Program-made: the position numbers and the translations under genes
Part shown: positions 28,864 through 38,163 of the stretch, one piece after another
Numbering within the stretch: position 1 is the first letter of the stretch
Layout: each line of letters opens with the position of its first letter
The notes under the pieces: generated by a model
Told to the model about the DNA's origin: nothing
Seen by the model: the letters and a program-made list of their open reading frames with translations, nothing else
Databases searched by the model: none
NCBI GenBank assembly: GCA_963787645.1
Contig: CAWBDS010000005.1
Span: 56,749 to 120,748 of the forward strand
From: an uncultured Actinomycetes bacterium
GTDB lineage: Bacteria > Actinomycetota > Actinomycetes > Streptosporangiales > Streptosporangiaceae
Reading direction: 5' to 3'
DNA length: 64,000 nucleotides

Positions 28864-30191
28864 ACACTCCCGTGGTCAGGCCGCGCTGACGCCGGGTCGT
28901 CGGCGTCTGGTGAACCCCGGCCGGTCTGCTCGCGGTGCGCCAGCAGATCGGCGACGATCTCGCCGGCCCGCACGGCCAGCACACTGATCAGCGAGTCCGC
29001 TATGCCGTGCGTAGCCTCGTTGTTTCCCTGCAGATAACATCCCGCCGTGATGTCCGGCGGGGTGATCATCCGGTAGTGGCGGCTCACCCGGACGTCTCCG
29101 ATACCGCACGCGTCGGCCAGGTCACGGACCAGGCTGGGCGCTCTGGACTCGAAGCCGGTGCCGAGCAGCACCAGGTCGCAGCGCAGTTCGTCCCGGCAGG
29201 CCCGCATCCGGTCGTTGAGCGTGAGCACGATCTCCTCGCCCGCCATCTCGGCCGACTCGATGTCGACCATGGTGACCATGGACAGCCTCTGCTCGCCGGT
29301 CAGCCGCTCCAGGTAGATCTGCCGGAACAGGGTGTTGAGCATATCCGGCGTCACGCCCCCGTAGTTCGTCAGCCGTATGCCCGCCAGCACCTGCTCCCTG
29401 GTCTGCTCGGGGGCGGCGAAGAACTTGTCGGTATAGGAGGGGAAGTACAGCTCGTTGGTGAACTTGCTCGTCTGGTAGTAGTCGAGTCCGGCCGATCTCA
29501 TGATCATCGTGCACCGCGCGCCGGGCAAGCGCTGGTAGATGTCCCACAGCATCTCGGCCGCGCTCTCCGCGGCTCCCACCACCACCACACGGTCGAGTCG
29601 CTGCGGGTCGATCTCGCCGATCTGGCGCAGGTACTCGGTGCTGTGCAGGACGCGCTCCCTGGGCAGCCCGGCGAACGCCGCGGGCACATGCGCGTCGCGG
29701 CCGGCGCCGATCACCAGATTGCGCGCCGCGATCGTCGAGCCGTCCGCCATCCGGGCCAGCCAGCCGTCGGCCACGCCGTCAGCCTGGACGGGCTCGATGC
29801 TCGTGCAGTCCCTGCCGTACTCGACCCGGACCAGCTCCAGCGACTTGGCCGCCCACTGCAGGTAGTCGGAGATCTCCAGCCGGAACGGCAGGAAGCTGGC
29901 CATGTTGATGAAATCGTCCAGCCGGCCGCTGGAGTGCAGATAATTGACAAACGAAAACCGGCTGAGCGGATTGCGCAAGGTGACCAGGTTTTTAAGGAAG
30001 GAGACCTGGCTCTGTGTCCACGGCAGCATCATGCCGCGCTGCCAAACGATGCTCTCGTGCCGCTCGATAACGAGCGTGCTGGACGCTATTTCCGGCGGCG
30101 CCAGTTCCTCGACGGCAACCGCGAAAGCCAGGTTCGAAGGCCCGGCTCCAATGGCGAGAATCTCGACCTCTTGATGAGCCGTCGCCCTCAC
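28860..30191 (-). CDS. Lysine/ornithine N-hydroxylating flavin monooxygenase (SidA/IucD/PvdA family)
   Basis: ILAIGAGPSNLA (FAD site), VVVVGAAESAAE (NADPH site), TGF, and about 440 aa length typical of the family. Confidence 0.9.
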   Translation of the reverse strand: MRATAHQEVEILAIGAGPSNLAFAVAVEELAPPEIASSTLVIERHESIVWQRGMMLPWTQSQVSFLKNLVTLRNPLSRFSFVNYLHSSGRLDDFINMASFLPFRLEISDYLQWAAKSLELVRVEYGRDCTSIEPVQADGVADGWLARMADGSTIAARNLVIGAGRDAHVPAAFAGLPRERVLHSTEYLRQIGEIDPQRLDRVVVVGAAESAAEMLWDIYQRLPGARCTMIMRSAGLDYYQTSKFTNELYFPSYTDKFFAAPEQTREQVLAGIRLTNYGGVTPDMLNTLFRQIYLERLTGEQRLSMVTMVDIESAEMAGEEIVLTLNDRMRACRDELRCDLVLLGTGFESRAPSLVRDLADACGIGDVRVSRHYRMITPPDITAGCYLQGNNEATHGIADSLISVLAVRAGEIVADLLAHREQTGRGSPDADDPASARPDHGSV

Positions 30192-30356
30192 TGCCTTCCC
30201 GCCATAAAGCCGAGCGGGAAGCGCGCGGACGGCACAGAGCCGCCTTTGGCCCCGCTCGCACTAGATGAGAATCGCTCTTGATCGCCAACGACAATGCTCA
30301 CATAGGGGGTGATCCACGTCAAGGGTCCATCGTAACTCAAACACCTCCAAAAGGGA

Positions 30357-30377
30357 GTTGTTACCTTCAGTAACAAC
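30357..30377. promoter_or_regulatory. Perfect palindrome GTTGTTAC-N5-GTAACAAC, candidate operator upstream of the N-hydroxylase operon
   Basis: Read directly. It lies 166-186 nt upstream of GTG 30191 in a 282-bp lower-G+C intergenic region. Confidence 0.3.
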
Positions 30378-30473
30378 CGATGCCCTGGCGGCGGGTAAGG
30401 AGCGCGCCGTGAACTGGGGACGCGGTGGAATATCGCCAGAATAAGGGCAGGAATTTGCACAGGTCAGTTCGGC

Positions 30474-31753
30474 CTAGCCGAACGAAGGCCTGACCTTGAC
30501 GGAGATGAGATCCATCGCCGCCTGGGCGACGGCCAGCGCCTGGTCGGCGGTGGACCCCTCGGCCTCTACCGTTATAACGCGGTCGTGCGAGCTGCGCAGC
30601 GGCGGGGCCCGCTCGCCCACCTTGACCTGGATCGAGCAGCCGTGCACGCCGGGCAGGGCCAGCGCCTCCTCGCGGCCGTCGATGCTCGTCACCTCGCCTG
30701 GCGGCACGGCGCCCATCCATACCGCCGCGTAGCGGTCCGTGACCGGCGGCGCGGTCAGATCCCGGTCCAGCATCATGTCGAGGAAGGCGCCGTTGGCGTC
30801 GTAGCCCGAGGCGATGGAGATGAGCTCGATGATTCCGCCGCCCGCCATCCGGCCCGCGCACTCCATCAGGTAGGGCACGCCATCCTCGACCCGCCACTCG
30901 CAGTGCGTCCACCCGCTGTCCAGGCCCACGGCGTCGAGCACACGCACGGTGCCGGTCAGCAGCCGCTCGGTCAGGTCCGCGCTGATGTCGGCCGGATACA
31001 GGTGACCTTGCTCGACCGGACGCGGGCCGTCGAACAGCAGCGTCCTGGTCACGCCGCCGAACGCCATGTGGCCGGAGCGGAACATCATCTCCACGCTGAA
31101 CTCCTCGCCGCGGACGTACCGCTCGGCGAGCATCCGCAGCGGCAGCGGCCGGTCCGGCAGGAAGACGCCCTCTTCCTGGTGGGTGCACTCCAGCCAGGTC
31201 GCGTCGACCTCACCGGGCTCGGAGACGATCTTGGTCCCGATCGCCGCCTGCCGGTTGGCCGGCTTGAGCACGATCGGGCCGCCGATCTCGGCCATGAACG
31301 CCCTGACCTCGGCCGGCCCCTCACCGGTACCGACTCGGGGTTGGCGATGCCCGCGGACCGGGTTATCTGGCGCAGCAGGTGCTTGTCCCGCAGCGCGCGG
31401 GCGGCTCCGTACCCGGCGCCGCGCACGCCGTACCGTTCCGCCAGCCGCGCCGTGAACGGCACGCCGTAGTCGGATACCGGGAGGATGCCGGCCGGCAGGC
31501 GCTGCCGGTTGGCGTTGTAGAAGCGGTCGGCGGCGCCTTCGAGCTCGTACAGCTCCCACCCGATCAACTCCCGCAGCGTCGGGACGTCGGCGGATTCGGC
31601 CACCGCGTCCCGCTTGCGCAGCACGTCCGGTTCGTCGATGAAGACCGCGGAGCCGTCGGGCAGGTACTGGCCCAGGCCCCGCAGCCCGGCGAGCGTCAAG
31701 CCGATGAAGATGACCGACCCGTCGCTGTTCTCCGCAACGCCTACGTTGCCCAT
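30474..31753 (-). pseudogene. ATP-grasp ligase 2, one frame break as assembled
   Basis: MGNVGVAENSDGSVIFIG...RDKHLLRQITRSAGIANPESVPV continues in another frame as (T)GEGPAEVRAFMAEIGGPIVLKP...ECAGRMAGGG. The break is near 31318-31335 and is repaired by adding 1 nt. Confidence 0.8.
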
Positions 31754-31775
31754 CGCGCTTGGCGCTTCCCTTCGC

Positions 31776-33167
31776 TCAGTTTGGTGATTCGGCGCTGCCG
31801 GGAGCCGCCTGCGTCGCGCCGCCTTGTTCCACGCCGGGAAGGTCGCCGTCCGAAAGCGGCATGTCCGGAGGCGGCATTTCGGCCGGTTCCCTCTCGGCGG
31901 CCTCGGCGGCCTCGGCCGGCTGGACGGCCGGCTTGTCCTGCATCAACGACCAGATCCCGGGGAGGGTGATCACCGCGCCGAGGATGGCGCAGACCAGCCA
32001 GACGCCCTTGCCGATGTGGGTCCACAGCAGCACCCCGGCTACCGGGCCGATCGCGTAGCCGAGCAGGAACGCGCCGTTGGCCATGCCGATGTAACGCGCC
32101 TTGGCTCCCGGCGGGGCGATCCGGGCCGGATGGGCAAAGGCCGCCGGTCCGCCGATCAGCTGGCCCGCGCAGCCGATGAGCATGGCGACGAACAGGACGG
32201 CCAGGCCGCCGGGCAGCCCGAATGAGCTGCGGCCTATCCACAGCAGCACCCATCCGCTCATCACCGCCAGCCAGATCGGCCAGGTCTGCGTCCGCTTGGT
32301 GACGCCGAGTTGGAGGATGACTCCCAGCGTGGCGGAAACGGCGGTGAGCGATGCGTAGATCCAGGTCGGGTACTGCTCCGCCTTCAGCATCAGGGGCAGG
32401 ACCGCGAAGAACTGGATGTGCACCAGCCCGTTGCACAGCATCAGCAGCAGGTAGACCAGGTACCTGCGGTCCCGCAGGATGTCCAGGTAGCTGGTCCGGC
32501 CCTGCCGGGCCGAGGCGGGCAGCCCGGTAGCCTTCTCCGTGTCCCGGGCGAGCTGCGCCGAGCGCAGCGCGAAGGCGGCGATGCCGCAGTAGGCCAGGGA
32601 CGTCCCGGCGTCCGCCCAGAAGACCAGGTCCCAGGAGACCGTGCTCACCGCCGCGCCTACCAGCGGCGCCACCGCCAGACCGCCGTTGTTCACGGTCCGG
32701 TACATGGCCTGCATCATGACCTGGCGGTCCCTGGGCGCCAGGTCGAACAGCAGCGTGCTCGAGGCGGTCGCCGACGCCCGCGCCATGGCGCCCGACAGTG
32801 CCGCCGCCGCGTAGATGGCCGGCAGGTTGTGCAGCAGCGTCAGCGAGTAGGTGAACAGGCCGGCCGCGCCCATCGACGCCACGATCGTCGAGCGCCGCCC
32901 GAGCCAGTCCGCCAGCGCGCCGCCGCCGAGCGTGCCGACAATGGCACCGGCCGAATAGCAGCCGAGGGCGAGGCCGGCCTGCGCCACGGTGAAACCGCGC
33001 GAGATCAGGAAGAGCACGAGAAAGAGCTGGACAAATGCGCCGACCTGGTTGATGAAGACGCCGAGCAGCACCACCTGCGCGCTGATCGGCGTCTCCCGCA
33101 GCATCCGCAGGACGCCCGCGGGTGCGTCCGGCCCGGATTGAGACCGGCGCCATCTGGCCAGCACCAT
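31776..33167 (-). CDS. MFS transporter (12-TMS) with an Ala/Glu/Pro-rich C-terminal tail; paralog of 24726..25973
   Basis: LRETPISAQVVLLGVFINQVGAFVQLFLVLFLISRGFTVAQAG parallels the first MFS. Start ATG 33167 (alternative 33104). Confidence 0.8.
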   Translation of the reverse strand: MVLARWRRSQSGPDAPAGVLRMLRETPISAQVVLLGVFINQVGAFVQLFLVLFLISRGFTVAQAGLALGCYSAGAIVGTLGGGALADWLGRRSTIVASMGAAGLFTYSLTLLHNLPAIYAAAALSGAMARASATASSTLLFDLAPRDRQVMMQAMYRTVNNGGLAVAPLVGAAVSTVSWDLVFWADAGTSLAYCGIAAFALRSAQLARDTEKATGLPASARQGRTSYLDILRDRRYLVYLLLMLCNGLVHIQFFAVLPLMLKAEQYPTWIYASLTAVSATLGVILQLGVTKRTQTWPIWLAVMSGWVLLWIGRSSFGLPGGLAVLFVAMLIGCAGQLIGGPAAFAHPARIAPPGAKARYIGMANGAFLLGYAIGPVAGVLLWTHIGKGVWLVCAILGAVITLPGIWSLMQDKPAVQPAEAAEAAEREPAEMPPPDMPLSDGDLPGVEQGGATQAAPGSAESPN

Positions 33168-33302
33168 CCGCCTGTAGAGCCCCTTCCGTGGTGAGCGAAA
33201 CGGGACACATGGCGCGCCTCGAGGATGCTTAGGCTGCCTGCAGCGCGTTGCCGTCACGGTACCAAAACGCACTTAACGCGACAATGTCGCGAGGCCGCCG
33301 CG

Positions 33303-34337
33303 CTAGTGCAGGCGCACCGAGATGTGCTCTTCGGGGTACGTCGACAGGCCCGGGACCGAAGTCGGCGACGGGTTCTGGATCAGGACGCTGAAGCCGCATT
33401 CCCCGACCGCGTTGCCGCCGACCTTGTTCGGCCCTCCGTTGCTGTCGCCGTACTCCACCGCCGGGTTGTTGCCCGTGCAGACCATGTTGCCGTACACGAC
33501 GTTGTTAATGGCCTCGTTGGCATCGGGCGAGGCCGTGTTGCCGGAGTCGATAAGGCTGCCCCCCACGGTGTTGCGGACAATGCCGTACCAGTTGGTGACC
33601 ATCCCGGTCACGGACATGTTGCCGCCGACCCTGACGTTGGCGTAGTCGCTGTAGGCGGGCAGCGCGATCGGCGCGTCAAGCTGGCCCGGAGCAGCCGGGG
33701 GACCTCCCGGGATGTACTGCGCGAAGATACCGATCGGGACGAAGTTGAGGCCGTCAGGGCCGCCCCCGCCGACCTGGACCACGTTCCCGCGCACCGTCGT
33801 GTTGTGGACCACGGTGCCCGCCGGGTCGTAGGAGAGCAGGTTGCCGCCGATGGTCTCGGTCGCGGCCAGGGTGGCGCCGGTGGTGAAGGCGGTCGCGTCG
33901 TCATCACACGGGAAATCGGGAGTGGTGCCCAGCGCCGGGGGCGGGGCAAACCACAGGGTGACCAGCAGCGGATAGCAGCCGAACAGCACGCTCGCGTCCT
34001 TCTCGACCACCATGTTGCCGCCGACCGAGACGTTCGAGGTGCCCGAATCGGTCTGGTCGTTCATACCGAAATCCGCGACCAGTGACGCGTTCGGCGCGAC
34101 GGTTAGGTTGCCTGCAATGCGGACATTTCCCGCGTCTACCAGGCAGGTGCCGGCAATGGTCACGTTGGCGAAATCGCCGGCCAGCGTGCCGGGTGCAGCC
34201 GAGGTGCCGGTGCAAGTGTAATTGCCGCCGGACCCGATGGGCGCCGCGGCGGCTATCGCGGGAACCGCGGCCACGATGAGGCCGGCTATTCCGGCCGCGC
34301 TCAAAATGCGCGAGACCGATCTAGAGTTCAATCTCAT
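33303..34337 (-). CDS. Secreted protein with GGN-rich beta-helix-like repeats
   Basis: Signal peptide MRLNSRSVSRILSAAGIAGLIVAAVPAIAAAAP, followed by repeated G(G)N.xV/IxG segments and several Cys pairs. No family name recognised. Confidence 0.7.
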   Translation of the reverse strand: MRLNSRSVSRILSAAGIAGLIVAAVPAIAAAAPIGSGGNYTCTGTSAAPGTLAGDFANVTIAGTCLVDAGNVRIAGNLTVAPNASLVADFGMNDQTDSGTSNVSVGGNMVVEKDASVLFGCYPLLVTLWFAPPPALGTTPDFPCDDDATAFTTGATLAATETIGGNLLSYDPAGTVVHNTTVRGNVVQVGGGGPDGLNFVPIGIFAQYIPGGPPAAPGQLDAPIALPAYSDYANVRVGGNMSVTGMVTNWYGIVRNTVGGSLIDSGNTASPDANEAINNVVYGNMVCTGNNPAVEYGDSNGGPNKVGGNAVGECGFSVLIQNPSPTSVPGLSTYPEEHISVRLH

Positions 34338-34371
34338 GGGTCCTCTCTTACGTGCCAGATTTGATGGGGAT

Positions 34372-35640
34372 TTATCCGGTGCGGGAAACGGGGGCGGGCT
34401 GGATGATCAGGGCGGCCTGGGCGGCGTCCAGCGCGACCTCGCATTCCGGGGCGGTCGACGTCAGCACGGTGACGAATGCGACCCGGCCGGACATGGTGCC
34501 CTTGGGCGGCGGCGACATGACGTCGCCGGGTCCGGCCAGCGTCACGGCCTGATCGGTTTCCGGTGGCAGGGACGCCGCCTCGAACCGGATCGCCTCGATC
34601 GTGGTGTCGTCCTCGGCGGCGTAGCAGAACTGCACCCCGGCGGCGGCGGACCGGTCTGCTTTCAGCTCCGGGCGCTGCCCGCAGGCGACCGCGGCGGCGG
34701 CCAGGCCCGGGTCGATGCCGCTGGCGCGCATCCCCAGGTAGGGGATGAGATCGCCGCCCAGGCGCGCGTTGACCTCGATGACCTTCGGCCCGTCCGCGGT
34801 CAGCTTGTACTCGGCGTGGGTTATCCCGTCGGTGAAGCCCAGCGCCTCATGCGCGGCCCGCATGACCCGGATGAGCCCGGGATCGGCCAGCAGGGGATCG
34901 GCGGCGTCGACGACGTGGCCGACCTCCTCGAAGTAGGGCGGGTACCCGACCCGTTTGCGGGCCACGAACATCGGCATCAGCTCGCCGTGATAGACCGCCG
35001 AGTCCACGCTGATCTCGGGACCGGGCACGTACTGCTCGACCAGCACGCCCTCGTCGTAGCGCCATGAACCCGGCACCTCGCAGTCGCGCGCGAACTCGAA
35101 TGTCGGGGCCAGGTCGGCCGGGGCGTTGGCGAGCACCACGCCGAGGCTGCCGCCCATCGCCCGCGGCTTCAGCACGACCGGGTAACCCATCTGCCCGGCC
35201 GCGGCGGCCGCTTGGCTTACGCTGGCCACCAGGACCGACCGCGGCTGGGGAACGCCCCCCGCGTCCAGTGCCAGCCTGGTCAGGTGCTTGTCCCGGCAGC
35301 GCATCACCATGTCCGGATCGCCGCCCGGCAGGCCGAGTGCGGCGGCCACCGTGGCTGCCTGGAGGATCCGCGCCTCATCCCAGCTCAGCACGCCCTGGAC
35401 GGACTCGCGGGCGGCAAGTTCGCGGGCTGCCGCGCACATCGCCGTGGCGTCGATGGTGTCGTCCATGTCCAGCACGGTCCAGCCGGCCAGGTAGCCCTTC
35501 GCCCACCCGGGCTCGGCGCCGCAGAGCAGGTGGACGCGGTATCGGGAGGCGACCGAGGCGAGCAGGTACTCGCGGAAGGCCTGCTTGCCCGTCCCGATCA
35601 GCAGCAGTACCGGGCCGTCGGATCTCGTGGGCCCGGTCAC
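34372..35640 (-). CDS. ATP-grasp ligase 3
   Basis: RDKHLTR, GYPVVLKP, EQYV.G.E.SV, EVNARLGG motifs. GTG 35640 forms a GTGA overlap with the MetRS-paralog stop. Confidence 0.85.
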   Translation of the reverse strand: MTGPTRSDGPVLLLIGTGKQAFREYLLASVASRYRVHLLCGAEPGWAKGYLAGWTVLDMDDTIDATAMCAAARELAARESVQGVLSWDEARILQAATVAAALGLPGGDPDMVMRCRDKHLTRLALDAGGVPQPRSVLVASVSQAAAAAGQMGYPVVLKPRAMGGSLGVVLANAPADLAPTFEFARDCEVPGSWRYDEGVLVEQYVPGPEISVDSAVYHGELMPMFVARKRVGYPPYFEEVGHVVDAADPLLADPGLIRVMRAAHEALGFTDGITHAEYKLTADGPKVIEVNARLGGDLIPYLGMRASGIDPGLAAAAVACGQRPELKADRSAAAGVQFCYAAEDDTTIEAIRFEAASLPPETDQAVTLAGPGDVMSPPPKGTMSGRVAFVTVLTSTAPECEVALDAAQAALIIQPAPVSRTG

Positions 35641-37034
35641 GACCGCCCCGACAGCGCGGCCAGCGGCGCCGAGTCGGCCCCGGCCCCGGCGGTCAGCGCC
35701 AGCACCAGGCACCGGGTGGCCAGCGCGGAGTCGAACCCGCTCAGCTGCAGCGCCCGCGCTGCCCGCTCCAGCTCGGCCGCGGCCAGCTCGGCCGGCAGCA
35801 GGCCGGCCGACGGTGCCGCCCCGGCCAGCAGCGGCCGCACGTAGTCGCAGAATGCGCGGTAGGACTCCCGAGTGAAGTTGCTCTCGTACCGGTCCGGCCG
35901 GTCCCAGGACAGGTATAGCCGGACCAGCTCACGGTCCTCCTCGGCCAGGAACTCATCCGCCCACAGCGCGTGGTTGCGGCTGGTGGAGAACTTCAGCCCG
36001 TCCAGCAGGTAGAGCTCGTTCACGGTGGCGCCGCGCAGCAGCGGCCGCGTCACTCCCGCCGCGGCCAGGATCGCCGGGTAGAGGACTGCGAAGTAGAACG
36101 TGTTGTCGATGCCGTTGAAGTGCCAGACGCCGTCCACCTCGTGCCAGGCCTCGACCCGCCGGGCCAGGGTGTCCGCGCTGGGGTCCAGGGCCAGGGCCGG
36201 CCCGTAGAGATAGCTCAGGCCGAGCTCGGTGGGGAAATCGACCCGCAGCCCGGACAGCTCGCCGTCGCACTCGATGCCCCAGTTGGTCGGGTAGGCGACG
36301 GGATAGTCGGGGAGCGGCACCCGCAGGTAGTGCGCCAGTGCCGCCCGGACCCGCCCCGGCAGGTCGGCCTGCTGCCACTCCGCGACCAGCTGCGCTCGGT
36401 AGTCTTCCAGCGGCAGGACCGGCACCGTGACCTGCATCGGGCGCAGCGCGCCGCCGCACCGGGCGCAGCTGGCGTCGACGAGCAGCTCGGCGGAGGTGAA
36501 CCCGCCGCAGGGCTCGCAGGACAGCCCGTTCGCCCCGGCGCCGCAGATCGGGCACTTGCCGACCACGTAGGAGTGGTGCATGGTGCGACCGCAGTCCGCG
36601 CACGCGTGCAGCGTGACCTCGCGCATGCTGATGCTGCCCGCGGCGATGAGCTCGGTCAGCATGCCGGTGACGGCGCGCTGGAACGCGTCGTCTTCCGGGT
36701 CGAGGAACACGTCGTAACCGATGCCCGCCAGCTCGAATGCCGTGGTGATCTGGGTCCGGAACCCCCTGACCATCTCGTTGACGTCGACCCCGAGGTTCTC
36801 CGCCTTGGTCAGCACGTAGTTGGGGTGCACGTCGACGCCGGCCAGGGTAAGCACCCGGTCCCCCCGGGCTCGCGCCGCGCGCGAGGCAACGTCGGCGGCC
36901 AGGTACGGGCCGGACAGGTGCCCGATGTGCAGCGGGCCGTTGACCGTGGGCTGCGGAATGACAATAACGGTCACTCCAGGCTGCTTGGTCACCAATTTGT
37001 CCGCCGGTTCTGGGTAAGGCGAAACGTGCGACAC
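35637..37034 (-). CDS. Methionyl-tRNA-synthetase-like (class I aaRS catalytic core) paralog with a short C-terminus
   Basis: NGPLHIGHLSG (HIGH) and LKFSTSRN (KMSKS variant). Four Cys pairs (CADCG, CPICG, CEPCG, CARCG) match MetRS zinc knuckles. Only about 100 aa follow KFSTS. Start uncertain (GTG 37034, GTG 36992 or 37082). Confidence 0.85.
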   Translation of the reverse strand: MSHVSPYPEPADKLVTKQPGVTVIVIPQPTVNGPLHIGHLSGPYLAADVASRAARARGDRVLTLAGVDVHPNYVLTKAENLGVDVNEMVRGFRTQITTAFELAGIGYDVFLDPEDDAFQRAVTGMLTELIAAGSISMREVTLHACADCGRTMHHSYVVGKCPICGAGANGLSCEPCGGFTSAELLVDASCARCGGALRPMQVTVPVLPLEDYRAQLVAEWQQADLPGRVRAALAHYLRVPLPDYPVAYPTNWGIECDGELSGLRVDFPTELGLSYLYGPALALDPSADTLARRVEAWHEVDGVWHFNGIDNTFYFAVLYPAILAAAGVTRPLLRGATVNELYLLDGLKFSTSRNHALWADEFLAEEDRELVRLYLSWDRPDRYESNFTRESYRAFCDYVRPLLAGAAPSAGLLPAELAAAELERAARALQLSGFDSALATRCLVLALTAGAGADSAPLAALSGRS

Positions 37035-37431
37035 TGCATTCCCGCTCCTACTCCTTTCCCGTTGACCCAGGCAGAACGCCACGAAGGGCTCGGCGAACCG
37101 CTGGCCAATGGCAGGCTCCGACGGTGGTGAGGTGGGCGGCGCGAGGCGAGTATACGGCTGCCTACCCGAGCGGGCTAGACCCCCGCGGTTCGTTCAAGTC
37201 CGAGGAGTACCCGAGTAGATGTCACCTATCAGTCACTGACAGTAGTGAAAGTCGCCGGAGCAGCGGGAAATGGGTGGCGGCCGATCCACGCAACGGTCAC
37301 GGAGCCCGCGGTGCGCCTGCCGGGTGAGGAAATCGGGCATTGCGGCGCTGCCGGACGGAATATAGCCTTGGGCTCGTGGCCCGTCGCCGTATGCGGCGCC
37401 AGCCGACAGCGGGCGACGGCCGGAGGTCCCG
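37035..37431. promoter_or_regulatory. Divergent control region of the two biosynthetic operons
   Basis: About 400-bp lower-G+C non-coding gap between the minus-strand MetRS-paralog gene and the plus-strand methyltransferase gene. Contains the short palindrome CAGTCACTG. No promoter hexamers could be assigned confidently. Confidence 0.4.
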
Positions 37432-38163
37432 TTGAGCGAGGGTCATTCTTCCCGCGATGCCGCGGCCGTCTCGATGTGGGATGAGGCTTATGGCCCGGCG
37501 CACCTGAAAGACCAGCAGAACCTGTGGGGCGATCCGCCCGTGCCTTACGCCGCGCGGGCTGCTGCTGCCTTCGCGGCCAATTCTTCCCGGCTGGTAATTG
37601 ACCTGCCGTGCGGTGACGGGCGCAATCTCGCCCCCCTGACGGAGGGCACGTCCATCCTGCTCGGCGCCGATACCTCGGTGCAGGCGATGACGATCGCGGA
37701 AAGGGTGGCGGCCCGTGCGGGAATTGCCGCCATGACCGTCTTCCTGCGCATGGACGTCTTCGATACGGGCCTGCTCGACAACTCTGTCGACGGCATTTTC
37801 TGCTGGGATCTGCTCGGGCACCTGAGAAATGTCTCGGACGCGCTGCGGGAACTTTACCGGGTGATCAGGCCGGGTGGCATCATCGTCGCCAACATGTGGA
37901 CGATGAATGACTGCCAGACATCTGATCCGGACATCAGGCAGATCGGCCCGAAAGAATACATCGACCATTTCGATTTTTACTGCAGATTCTACGATCAGGA
38001 TGACCTCGGCACGCTGCTGAATGCTACCGGGATAAGCGCGGAATCGGTTGAGGTCAGTGCCTGGACCGAGCCCGCGCACGCCGACTACCGGACCTATGAG
38101 CATGACCATGAGAGCCTGGCCTTCACGATCAGGAAGGGCGTGGATGAGCACCAGGCTCGGTGA
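37432..38163 (+). CDS. Class I SAM-dependent methyltransferase
   Basis: VIDLPCGDGRN (motif I), DGIFCWDLLGH, LRPGG. TTG 37432 is preceded by GGAGG at 5 nt; the alternative start is ATG 37474. Confidence 0.8.
   Translation: MSEGHSSRDAAAVSMWDEAYGPAHLKDQQNLWGDPPVPYAARAAAAFAANSSRLVIDLPCGDGRNLAPLTEGTSILLGADTSVQAMTIAERVAARAGIAAMTVFLRMDVFDTGLLDNSVDGIFCWDLLGHLRNVSDALRELYRVIRPGGIIVANMWTMNDCQTSDPDIRQIGPKEYIDHFDFYCRFYDQDDLGTLLNATGISAESVEVSAWTEPAHADYRTYEHDHESLAFTIRKGVDEHQAR

Noticed and set aside
28860-30191. N-hydroxylase as part of a hydroxamate siderophore cluster.
   Set aside because: The cluster has no NRPS, IucA/IucC synthetase, acyltransferase, siderophore-binding protein or iron-box-like operator. 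The only siderophore-type gene nearby (EntE-like, 47-48 kb) is a wreck. This remains the main alternative to test.
35637-37082. MetRS-like gene as the housekeeping metG.
   Set aside because: It has a short C-terminal region, an operon position coupled to an ATP-grasp gene, and co-location with a cupin, an N-hydroxylase and a DAO-type oxidase. These argue for a biosynthetic paralog. The window cannot show where the true metG is.
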